Assembly: GCA_044356455.1 (NCBI GenBank)
Contig: JBIKWF010000130.1
Coordinates: 1-11,213, forward strand
Source: Bdellovibrionota bacterium
GTDB taxonomy: Bacteria > Bdellovibrionota_C > UBA2361 > JBGSMV01
DNA: 11,213 bases
Direction: 5' to 3'
The translations under genes and the position numbers were made by a program. The notes under the pieces were generated by a model. That model was not told where the DNA came from. It did no database searches and saw only the letters and a program-made list of their open reading frames with translations. Below, one piece after another: positions 1 through 7,799 of the stretch (position 1 is its first letter; the number at the start of each line of letters is the position of its first letter).

Positions 1-663
1 GATGTCTTCGTCGGGCTCCAGAGGTATACGGTTCAGCTCGGGAGCTTCGTACACTCTTTTCTCATGGATATTGCGCCAGGGGTCTTCTGGCTGCTGGGCG
101 TCTTGCCAGCGGCGCATGCGCTGCTCCTCTGGCGATAGTTTTTTGATGGCGAGATTGCGGGAGCGCTGAAGCGAAATGGAGTGCGCATTGTCTATGACAC
201 TTTCAACGCCTTCAATGCCAATCGAGGGATCTTCTATGTAGGACTGCACTCGGCTGCCATGGTTTTTGAACATCTCAAGCGAGAACTTTGCCTTGGTACC
301 GGAGGTGAACGTGAAGTTATTGTGGAAAAAATCGTTGTGCCCGTATACGTGCGCGATAGTAAGGATGTGGAGTAGGGGGGTGTTGTCTCGCATCAAGTAA
401 GCAATGCAGGGATCCGAGTTAATCACCATTTCATACGGGAGACCTGAGACCCCGTATTCATACATCGTCTTTTGGCGCTCAAAGCTCTTTCCGAAGGACC
501 AGTGTGCATAACGTGAGGGCATGCCCGAATAGGCCATGTACCCAATCATTTCGTTGTGGTCGCAAATCTCGAACTCCTGGGTGTAACAGCGCAGCCCGTA
601 CCGATCTACGAGCTCTTTAATTTTGATGTCCCAGTCTTGGAGTTCTTTAACGTTGATACTCAT
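1..663 (-). CDS. spoVR: SpoVR/YcgB family protein, N-terminal 221 codons (runs off the left edge)
   Basis: Not in the ORF track; translated by hand. ATG at 663-661 with AAGGA upstream and no stop down to position 1. Reads MSINVKELQDWDIKIKELVDRYGL...GMPSRYAHWSFGKSF...GLPYEMVINSDPCIAYLMRDN...AHVYGHNDFFHNN...GIEGVESVIDNAH...PLEPDEDI. HWSFGK, YEMVIN and HVYGHNDFF are SpoVR hallmarks, and this is the expected third gene after prkA-yeaH. Confidence 0.96.
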   Translation of the reverse strand, partial: MSINVKELQDWDIKIKELVDRYGLRCYTQEFEICDHNEMIGYMAYSGMPSRYAHWSFGKSFERQKTMYEYGVSGLPYEMVINSDPCIAYLMRDNTPLLHILTIAHVYGHNDFFHNNFTFTSGTKAKFSLEMFKNHGSRVQSYIEDPSIGIEGVESVIDNAHSISLQRSRNLAIKKLSPEEQRMRRWQDAQQPEDPWRNIHEKRVYEAPELNRIPLEPDEDI

Positions 664-708
664 GCAACTTTTCCTTGAGGAAGGAATTCTGTGACTCTTT
701 CCATGCTA

Positions 709-1941
709 CTACGGAGTTGCCGAAGAGGCACCCTCGGAAGTGGTCTTCCTCCCCTGGGCACTGAGCACATTGGAGCGATCCTTACTGAGGAAGCTCTTAA
801 ATGCTGGCCAGAGGTCTTCTTTTTTCTCTATGGTCACCATCTGGAAGTTTTCGGCCTGCACTTGGCCAAAAACCTCAAGCATGCTGCCGCTGTAGTAGGC
901 GCTGCCAGAGGGCTTTATTTCGCCATACCCGAACAAATTGCAGACATTGCATAGTTCCTTGGCTGCTTGCACCGCACGCTCGTTGTCAGAGTAAAAGTTG
1001 TCACCATCTGAGCAGTGAAAGGCATAGATATTCCAAAGGGAAGGATGGTAGCGGCTCTCGATGACATCAAGCGCCTTGCGATAGCCGGAAGAGATATAGG
1101 TTCCGCCGGACTCCACTTTAGAAAAAAACTCTTCCTCCGTGACTTCCTTGGCATCAGTGTGGTGGGCAATAAACACGACCTCGACGTTTTGATACTTCTG
1201 GCGCACGAACTGATACATGAGGAAGTAAAATGAACGCGCGAGGTATTTCTTTACCGTACCCATGGAGCCTGAGGTGTCCATGATACAGAAGACAACCGCA
1301 TTTGAGGTCTCTTTTGTCGTGGGGACGATGTGGAAAAACCGCATGTCGTCTTCGTGGAAGGGAAAGCGCTGCTCATCTTCATTGAAGTCTTCGCGTGAGC
1401 CACGAACTGCAAGTTTGCGCTTAATTCTGTTTTTAGCGGTGGCTTTTTTATCAAGCCGAGGCCGAATACCCTTGAGACGGTGCCCCTTTCTCTTTCGGGC
1501 ATCGTCCGAAATAACTTGCTTGAGGGCCCGCTTCTCTAACTCGGGAAGCTCGAGGTCATCGAACATGATTGCGATGAGCTCTTCAAGGGTAACATCCGTT
1601 TCGAAGGCATCAACGCCGGGTTGATCCCCGCCGCCTTGCCCTGGACCTGGCTTGCCTTCGTCGTCCGATTGTCCGACCACATCGCCTGGCTTCTGTGAGC
1701 CGTCGCCTTGTGAGGTGCCGGGAGAATTCTCCCCATATACAAAGCGGTACTCCTTAATGGAGCGAATCGGAATTTTGATGATCTTATCGCGGTCGCGCCC
1801 GATGATGGATTCTTCCGCAATAATGTCTGCGATGTTGTGGCGAATCGTGTCTTTGATCTTGGCCCGGTGCCTCGTCCGATCGCGAGCGCTGCGGTCCGAG
1901 CGCTGGGAGGTTGGGGTGTATTCGCGAAATATAGTGGACAT
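709..1941 (-). CDS. yeaH: YeaH/YhbH family (DUF444) vWA-domain protein
   Basis: 410 aa. MIDAS-like MDTSGSM, LARSFYF, FIAHHTDAKEV, ESGGT and HCSDGDN motifs; Gly-rich linker; GGGAG RBS; tandem TAG stops; lies between prkA and spoVR. Confidence 0.95.
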   Translation of the reverse strand: MSTIFREYTPTSQRSDRSARDRTRHRAKIKDTIRHNIADIIAEESIIGRDRDKIIKIPIRSIKEYRFVYGENSPGTSQGDGSQKPGDVVGQSDDEGKPGPGQGGGDQPGVDAFETDVTLEELIAIMFDDLELPELEKRALKQVISDDARKRKGHRLKGIRPRLDKKATAKNRIKRKLAVRGSREDFNEDEQRFPFHEDDMRFFHIVPTTKETSNAVVFCIMDTSGSMGTVKKYLARSFYFLMYQFVRQKYQNVEVVFIAHHTDAKEVTEEEFFSKVESGGTYISSGYRKALDVIESRYHPSLWNIYAFHCSDGDNFYSDNERAVQAAKELCNVCNLFGYGEIKPSGSAYYSGSMLEVFGQVQAENFQMVTIEKKEDLWPAFKSFLSKDRSNVLSAQGRKTTSEGASSATP

Positions 1942-1988
1942 CGTTCTCCCTGCTCACTACTGCCCAGGTCTACTTCTTTCTGACGCTA

Positions 1989-2020
1989 TGCGCGCCGCGC
2001 TTTATAAGGCGCGGCGCACA
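1989..2020. repeat. GC-rich intergenic palindrome between prkA and yeaH
   Basis: gcgccgcgc(1992-2000)-tttataag-gcgcggcgc(2009-2017): perfect 9-bp arms, extendable inward and outward. No U-tract follows on the minus strand. Confidence 0.8.
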
Positions 2021-2034
2021 CTTTCCCGGTACGG

Positions 2035-3963
2035 CTAGTCCTTCCAAAGGTTATTAGCGGCGTACTTAAGAATCGTATCTACGCAGCTTGGTGGGTAACC
2101 GTTTTTAATGAGCTGCTCCACCATGCGGTCGTAGCGTTTGCCTTGTTCTTCATCCCGCGTGCGAGCTTTCGTAATAATACGAGACACGTCCCGAACGCTG
2201 GTCATGAGCTTCTTCTCAATGGCTTCTTTCAGAGGCTCATAACTCTCGTAGGTGATCTTTTCGCCGCGGCGAGAGGCTGCCCAGAGGAAGGCTATGATTT
2301 CTTGCCTGAAGCCGTCGCACGCCGTGCCGACGATAGCAATTTGCTCTTCAATCGACTTCATGAAGCCTTCATCGGCATCAAGTTCTTCGCCCGTGTTGCG
2401 GTCCTTCATGCGGCGCTTGGTGACGTAGGCTTCTGCGTGATCCAGGTAGTTCTGGAAGAGCGACTCGGCCTGTTCCTGATAGGAATAGACAAACGCCTTC
2501 GTGATTTCGCGCTCGAGGACATCGAGATACTCCTTATGCAGAGTATCTTGGAGGAACTCGAGGTAACGCTTACGCACATCTTCCGCAAAGTCAGATTCCT
2601 TCACCATGTTCACGAGCGATTCGCGCACGGAGATGGGGTGGATGCAGTTTTGCTCGATGTTGTCTGAAAGGGCATTGTCGAGCGCTTTCATGATGAAGCG
2701 CGTCGAAATCCCGGTCATGCCTTCGTTCTTCGCTTCTTCACGCAGCTCGGTGACGTCAATCTTCTTGGTCTTGCCCTTTTCGACGACTTCTTCGCCGTTG
2801 TAGAGCTTGAGTTTCGTCATGAGGTCGCACTTATTAGTGGGCTCAAGACGAGAGAGGATCGCGAACATCGAAGCGATTTCAATGGTGTGCGGAGCGACGT
2901 CGGCGGTGAACTGGGATTGGCGAATGATCTTTTTGTAGATCTTCACTTCCTCGCTCAGGCGCATGTTGTAGGGCACTTTCACCGTGACGATACGATCAAG
3001 GATCGCTTCGTTGGTGTGGTCGCTCTTAAACTTCTTCCACTCAGCTTCGTTGGAGTGCGCGACGATGACCTCGTCGACATAGATCATGCCGTGGCGGCCA
3101 GGAGCAGGAATGTGCTTCTCCTGAGTCGCGGTAATCATGGCATGCAGGTATTCGGTCTCGTTCTTGAACACCTCGATGAACTCAACCATTCCTCGGTTCC
3201 CCTTATTGAGGGCTCCGCTCAGGTCAAGTACGCGAGGATCGCCTTCAGAGTAGAGGTCGAGTTTCGAGATATCCTCGCCACCAATCAGTACACTCGTGTC
3301 CTGGTTGTTGGGGTCCACAGGAGGAACCACGCCTACGCCGCGTTTTGCGCGCACGCTAAAATCATAGGTTCGGACAGGGAATTCTTCCCAACGACCTTGG
3401 AAATCTTCCTTAAGACGATGGCGACATACGGGGCAAAGATCGCCTTCGATTTCGATGCCGAGCATCTTTGAAAATTCTTTGCGAAGATGGCGCGGGATAA
3501 GATGGAGGGGCTCTTCATGCATCGGGCAGTCTTCGATAGCATGGAAGGGACCAACACCTTCAAGGCCTTGCTTGAGACGTTCGACGAGTGAGCTCTTGCC
3601 GGAACCTACCGGGCCAACAAGATACAGCACTTGGCGGCTTTCTTCTCCGCGCAGAGATGCAGAATGGAAATAGCGCACGATCTGATTGATCGTCTTTTCC
3701 ATGCCGTAGAAGCTTTCGCTGAAAAATTTGAAAATCTTGACACGTTCGCCTTTGAAGATGCGCTTGAGGCGAGGGTTTCCTTCGAGGTCAAGTTCCTCAA
3801 AGCCAGGCTTCATCAACATATCGTGAAGACGCTTGTGGGCGAGCTTCGCGGTGTCTGGGTTTCCTCGAACAATCTCGAGGTATTCGAGAGCAGTTCCTCG
3901 CCACATTGACTTGGTGCGAGTTTGACGGTCTTCAACAATGAGTCGCTTTAGATCTTCGGACAT
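2035..3963 (-). CDS. prkA: PrkA/YeaG family serine kinase / AAA+ ATPase
   Basis: Walker A GPVGSGKS, CPMHEEPLHL, GDLCPVC, YSEGDPR, NRGMVEFIEVFK, HSNEAEW, GMTGISTRF. Start placed at ATG 3963 (MSEDLK..., G-rich GGGGG upstream) instead of 3993; the start is uncertain. Confidence 0.96.
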   Translation of the reverse strand: MSEDLKRLIVEDRQTRTKSMWRGTALEYLEIVRGNPDTAKLAHKRLHDMLMKPGFEELDLEGNPRLKRIFKGERVKIFKFFSESFYGMEKTINQIVRYFHSASLRGEESRQVLYLVGPVGSGKSSLVERLKQGLEGVGPFHAIEDCPMHEEPLHLIPRHLRKEFSKMLGIEIEGDLCPVCRHRLKEDFQGRWEEFPVRTYDFSVRAKRGVGVVPPVDPNNQDTSVLIGGEDISKLDLYSEGDPRVLDLSGALNKGNRGMVEFIEVFKNETEYLHAMITATQEKHIPAPGRHGMIYVDEVIVAHSNEAEWKKFKSDHTNEAILDRIVTVKVPYNMRLSEEVKIYKKIIRQSQFTADVAPHTIEIASMFAILSRLEPTNKCDLMTKLKLYNGEEVVEKGKTKKIDVTELREEAKNEGMTGISTRFIMKALDNALSDNIEQNCIHPISVRESLVNMVKESDFAEDVRKRYLEFLQDTLHKEYLDVLEREITKAFVYSYQEQAESLFQNYLDHAEAYVTKRRMKDRNTGEELDADEGFMKSIEEQIAIVGTACDGFRQEIIAFLWAASRRGEKITYESYEPLKEAIEKKLMTSVRDVSRIITKARTRDEEQGKRYDRMVEQLIKNGYPPSCVDTILKYAANNLWKD

Positions 3964-4077
3964 GCCTGCCCCCAACAATGTTCGGATATTCAACCACTAC
4001 ACTTCTGCGAGATGAACTACCGAGTGGTGTTTCACTCACTTACGCACCTTACCCCTCGACCCCGGGAGCGGCAATCG

Positions 4078-4259
4078 ACATTCAGGAGTCGTTTGCCGCG
4101 ATGCTTAGTGAGAATGCGAACAATGGTATGTTCGCTTACACCGCCCCTTTAGAACATATGATGTGAAAGGCTTGAGAATCGTTCGGATTATTTTTTAGAA
4201 ATGTGGAGGCGGAACTTGAACCAGAGTTTGAGTATCGCAGCGATTTCTGGCAGCGGTGT
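4078..4259 (+). ncRNA. ssrS: Candidate 6S RNA
   Basis: Closing stem 4083-4093/4239-4249 plus 4098-4108/4228-4238 (22 pairs, one 4-nt bulge; all non-Watson-Crick pairs are G-U on the + strand). Central bubble 4109-4140/4213-4227. Terminal arm 4141-4212. ACUUGAAC-caga-GUUUGAGU (4214-4233) sits at the 3' bubble edge. About 170-180 nt; ends approximate; no clear promoter seen. Confidence 0.62.
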
Positions 4260-4286
4260 GGGAGATATCATGAAGAGAGATATGAC

Positions 4287-4480
4287 CAGGCGCCGTTCAC
4301 AGGTCGCCTGCTTCGTTTCTACCAGGTTGGTAGCGGGAGCGATTGGGAGCGCACCGGAGGGAGACGCCGTGTCCGAGGCGCTCGCAGGTGCGCGATGTTG
4401 GAACTCCGCCTGGCCCGCCTTAGCCAAAGGCTGCGGCGCAGCGCTTTGGGCGGGGAGACGAGATGGCGGGTTTCCAACGC
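4287..4480 (+). other. Array of four consecutive GC-rich stem-loops (possible ncRNA or repeat cluster)
   Basis: Stems: caggcg/cgcctg 4287-4310; ctacca/tggtag 4319-4333; gcgcacc/ggtgcgc 4349-4393; gttggaa..ccgcc..ccaaag-gctgc / gcagc-ctttgg..ggcgg..ttccaac 4397-4478. Confidence 0.5.
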
Positions 4481-4481
4481 A

Positions 4482-4513
4482 GTCTTACGGACCCGTTAGG
4501 GATCTCGTGAGAC
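4482..4513 (+). repeat. REP-like hairpin, copy 1
   Basis: gtcttacggacccg-tt-agggatctcgtgagac; aligns with the reverse complement of 11148-11188. Confidence 0.7.
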
Positions 4514-4541
4514 AAAAGGGTCAGGGACTCTCTGAACATCT

Positions 4542-4624
4542 CACCTCTGTGAACCTCTGAGCCCTCTGTGGTGAAATTTTCATGTAGAAATTCACCACAA
4601 AGGACACGGAGGTACACAGAGGTG
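4542..4624. repeat. 34-bp imperfect inverted repeat built from CCTCTG/CAGAGG units
   Basis: Arms 4542-4575 and 4591-4624 match at 29/34 positions around a 15-nt AT-rich spacer. CCTCTG recurs at 4544, 4554 and 4563. Confidence 0.85.
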
Positions 4625-4718
4625 TATTAAGAATGGCGGTTTTTCAGAAGTTCCTTGGCAAAGCCACCTTGGTAGAGCTCCCTTGCTTGAGCTGAAGGTC
4701 CGCTAAACCTCAGTCGGC

Positions 4719-5111
4719 TCATTTTCCAAACGTTGTTGGAGAACTCCAGCGCTCGAGGCTTAGGCCAGCTCGAGGGGCAGCGCCGCTCGTTTGCTGTGGC
4801 AAGTCGCGGCTTTCTGACTCACCAATCTCAACTCTGAGAGAAATTCCATCGGGATGATCTAAGGAGGCGGTCCTTTCAAAGTAGTAGTCGGGCAGCGCGC
4901 AAAAGGGAAAATCTTCTGGCTTGGTGCGAGCAGATGTTCCCGGGCTCTTATCCCCAGAGGATAGTTTGCCTCGGGGCATTCTGGAGTTCTTCGTAGCCTC
5001 CCCTGATTTATCTTTCAGTGGAGCAAGAGTCGGGGAGTGGTCTTTGGGCGGTAGGGTGCTTTGATTAAAAATGCTGTAGTTCGAGGTAGTTAGTGTCACT
5101 TTTCGAGACAT
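4719..5111 (-). CDS. Hypothetical protein, 130 aa, mostly low-complexity (may be spurious)
   Basis: ATG-started ORF filling an otherwise empty gap. S/P/K-rich with a short ordered-looking core (PEDFPFCALPDYYFERTASLDHPDGISLRVEIG). No clear RBS and no recognised family. Confidence 0.4.
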   Translation of the reverse strand: MSRKVTLTTSNYSIFNQSTLPPKDHSPTLAPLKDKSGEATKNSRMPRGKLSSGDKSPGTSARTKPEDFPFCALPDYYFERTASLDHPDGISLRVEIGESESRDLPQQTSGAAPRAGLSLERWSSPTTFGK

Positions 5112-5271
5112 GGGCGGCTAGCACCAAAATAAAAAGAACTCCAGGCTGGGCCAGAGTAGCCCGTCGCTTTGTCTTATCAGGCAGTCAAGGATGACCCCTA
5201 TCCATTCGAAAACACTAGATTTTTGCCAGGCGCCGGAATATAGGGTAAAACCCACAAACTTTCCACCGAAA

Positions 5272-5343
5272 CCTTTTGGACTGGTCAAGCACATGAACTT
5301 ACTGTTCAAAAGGATTAGGATTTTTCTCTAGAACATATATTCT
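5272..5343 (+). promoter_or_regulatory. Probable purL promoter/operator region
   Basis: AT-rich. Inverted repeat ccttttggac(5272-5281)/gttcaaaagg(5304-5313). Near-palindrome agaacatatattct (5330-5343) contains a TATATT -10-like hexamer. No convincing -35. Confidence 0.35.
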
Positions 5344-5381
5344 CGCATGCGCGTAAAAGAAGTTTTTTAGGCTCACTACAA

Positions 5382-7634
5382 ATGACTGTTTGGGCAGATA
5401 CCGCTTCCCTCGATGACGCCCTCCACGCCGGTTTAACCGAGCAGGAGTATCGTCATATTCTCGAGCTCGTTGGACGTTCGATCAATGTTCTTGAGGTTGG
5501 CATTTTCGCCGCCTTGTTCTCTGAACATTGCTCCTACAAGAGCACCAAAGTTCACCTTAGAAATCTGCCGTCCGAAGGGCCGCGTGTGGTGCAGGGGCCC
5601 GGAGAAAACGCAGGCGTACTTGATATCGGTGACAACGAAGTTGTTGTCTTCAAGATCGAAAGCCATAACCATCCCTCCTTTATTGAACCTTTTCAGGGCG
5701 CGGCGACGGGCGTAGGGGGAATCTTGCGCGATGTGTTCACCATGGGCGCGCGTCCGGTGGCGCTGATGAATGCGCTAAGATTTGGGAGCCCGAAAAACAA
5801 GCGCACAAAATACCTTTTGAGCCGTGCGGTAGCGGGAATTGGAAACTACGGCAACTGCGTCGGCGTCCCGACGGTTGGCGGTGAGTTGTTCTTCGACGAA
5901 GCGTATGACGGCAATTGTTTGGTCAATGCCTTTGCGCTTGGTATTGCAGAAAAGGATAAGATCTTTCTTGGCCGAGCCTCAGGCGTGGGTAACATCATCA
6001 TGTACGCCGGTTCCAAAACCGGACGAGACGGGATTCATGGCGCTACCATGTCCTCAGAAACCTTCGACGAGAATTCGGAGGAGAAGCGCCCCACCGTGCA
6101 AGTGGGTGACCCATTCCAAGAAAAGCTGTTGATTGAAGCGTGTCTCATCGCAATGGAATCAGGACTTGTGCTTGGTATCCAAGATATGGGTGCTGCAGGC
6201 ATGACGTCTTCCTCCTATGAAATTGCAGACCGAGGCGAGGTAGGGCTGCGCATTGATCTCGATCGTGTCCCACAGCGCGAAGATGGCATGAATCCTTACG
6301 AGATAATGCTCTCTGAGTCGCAGGAGCGTATGCTGCTTGTGGTAGAGCGCGGCAACGAGGAGGAAGTTCGAAAGATCTTTTCTCACTGGGGCCTTGATGC
6401 GGCAGCTATTGGTGAGGTTACCAATGGCCAAACGGTTGATCTCTATTGGCACGGCGAAAAGGTTTCTTCACTGGCGCCTTCGGTACTTACTCGTTCGGTC
6501 CCTCAGCATCGCTGGCCGGAAGAGCCGACCGCGGATTATGAGGCCCGCCGTTCCTTTGATGTCGATTCTCTTACGCCCCCTGAGGACCTTGCGTCTTTTT
6601 GGCTCGACTTTCTCGCTTCCGAAAACGTCTGCTCACGCGCTGCGGTGTACCGGCAGTATGATTCCACGGTGCGAACCAATACGGTGGTGCACCCTGGAGG
6701 CGATGCCGCGGTAATTCGCATTAAGCGCAGTGCGAATCGAGGTCTTCCTGAAAAAGGAGTGGCCATGACCCTTGATTGCAACTCGCGATTTTGTCTTGTA
6801 GACCCTCGCGAAGGGACGGCTCTTTCAGTCGCCGAGGCCTATCGAAATATCTGCGCAGTGGGCGCGCTGCCGATTGGAATCTCTGATTGCCTCAATTTTG
6901 GTAGTCCCCAACGCCGTGACAGCATGTGGCAAATCGCGGAGTCGATTCGAGGACTGGGCGACGCGGCGCGTGCTTTTGATGTTCCCGTGATTAGCGGCAA
7001 CGTGAGCCTCAATAATGAGACCAAGGGTAAGCCGGTTCTGCCTACTCCCCAAATTGCGATGGTGGGACTCATGGCCGACGCTTCGAAGTCGGTGCGTGTG
7101 CACTTCAAGGACGAAGGAGATAAAGTTTTTGTCCTTGGGGTTACCGACCCTGCTGACCTCGGAGCTTCTGAGTATCTATCCGTCCATGCGGGCCTCCAGA
7201 AAGGGAAGCTTCCTACCCTGGATTATGACATTGAAATCAGAAACGGTGAGGCAGTGCGCAGTCTCATCGATCAGGAACTCCTGGCCTCTTGCCATGATCT
7301 CTCTCAAGGGGGCTTGGCTTCGGCAGTTGCGGAAGCGTGTTTTGGCCCAAGCGCACTTCGTGGGGTGAGACTTTGGGCTGAGGCCGCAACGTCAGCTCAA
7401 GAGATGGCGCCGCACGCCGCGCTCTTCTCAGAAACGGGTGGTCGGTACCTTGTGTCTGTGAAACCGAAGAATGAGAAAAAGTTCTTGGAGTTCATTCAGT
7501 CGAAGGGCATCCCTGTTTCCTTTTCGGGGATTGTGGGCGGAGAAGAGATAATCGTTGAAGGATGTGCCAGGCTGAAGGTTGAAGAAGCGTTTCAGCGCTG
7601 GTCTCAGGGGCTCGCGCAGTTGCTCGGGGACTAA
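5382..7634 (+). CDS. purL: Phosphoribosylformylglycinamidine synthase subunit PurL (small type)
   Basis: 750 aa. [73 protein letters not shown]. No fused glutaminase domain. Confidence 0.98.
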   Translation: MTVWADTASLDDALHAGLTEQEYRHILELVGRSINVLEVGIFAALFSEHCSYKSTKVHLRNLPSEGPRVVQGPGENAGVLDIGDNEVVVFKIESHNHPSFIEPFQGAATGVGGILRDVFTMGARPVALMNALRFGSPKNKRTKYLLSRAVAGIGNYGNCVGVPTVGGELFFDEAYDGNCLVNAFALGIAEKDKIFLGRASGVGNIIMYAGSKTGRDGIHGATMSSETFDENSEEKRPTVQVGDPFQEKLLIEACLIAMESGLVLGIQDMGAAGMTSSSYEIADRGEVGLRIDLDRVPQREDGMNPYEIMLSESQERMLLVVERGNEEEVRKIFSHWGLDAAAIGEVTNGQTVDLYWHGEKVSSLAPSVLTRSVPQHRWPEEPTADYEARRSFDVDSLTPPEDLASFWLDFLASENVCSRAAVYRQYDSTVRTNTVVHPGGDAAVIRIKRSANRGLPEKGVAMTLDCNSRFCLVDPREGTALSVAEAYRNICAVGALPIGISDCLNFGSPQRRDSMWQIAESIRGLGDAARAFDVPVISGNVSLNNETKGKPVLPTPQIAMVGLMADASKSVRVHFKDEGDKVFVLGVTDPADLGASEYLSVHAGLQKGKLPTLDYDIEIRNGEAVRSLIDQELLASCHDLSQGGLASAVAEACFGPSALRGVRLWAEAATSAQEMAPHAALFSETGGRYLVSVKPKNEKKFLEFIQSKGIPVSFSGIVGGEEIIVEGCARLKVEEAFQRWSQGLAQLLGD

Positions 7635-7799
7635 TCGTCGAATGCGATTGAAGGTGGCGATTCTCGAAATCTCACAGCCACCGAGTGATTAAAGTTTAGG
7701 TACTTTCGATGTGTGGACGAAGACAGCACCATGAATAGGCTCGTTACCATTGGCCAGTCGAGTTCTAAGGGAGGCGAGCGGGGCTCGTGCCGCGCGCTC

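Noticed and set aside
181..3909. Plus-strand and alternate-frame ORFs over spoVR/yeaH/prkA
   Set aside because: Shadow ORFs of well-supported genes. The same applies to those overlapping purL, purF, dcd and the last two genes.
4201..4226. Minus-strand ctctggttcaagttccgcctccacat resembles a tRNA/tmRNA 3' end (possible att remnant)
   Set aside because: The T-stem does not pair, there is no CCA or matching 5' half, and no integrase is nearby. The bases are better explained as part of the + strand 6S-like fold.
3978..4617. Short ORFs in the intergenic region (3978-4166, 4188-4427, 4201-4560, 4203-4499, 4420-4617)
   Set aside because: They overlap one another, show no recognisable motifs or convincing RBS, and run through palindromes, as expected of chance ORFs in GC-rich structured DNA.
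4655..4715. ggcaaagcc...ctaaacc reminiscent of a c-di-GMP-I riboswitch
   Set aside because: It lacks the upstream GGCAAACC-GAAA-GGGAC P2 element, the spacing is wrong, and no co-oriented gene follows.
5213..5229. Minus-strand TGGCAAAAATCTAGT as a sigma-54 promoter
   Set aside because: The -12 dinucleotide is GT instead of GC and the TTGC context is missing.
4286..5235. 10-bp direct repeat ccaggcgccg (4286-4295 and 5226-5235) as a target-site duplication
   Set aside because: About one shared 10-mer is expected by chance in 1.4 kb; there are no terminal inverted repeats or transposase.
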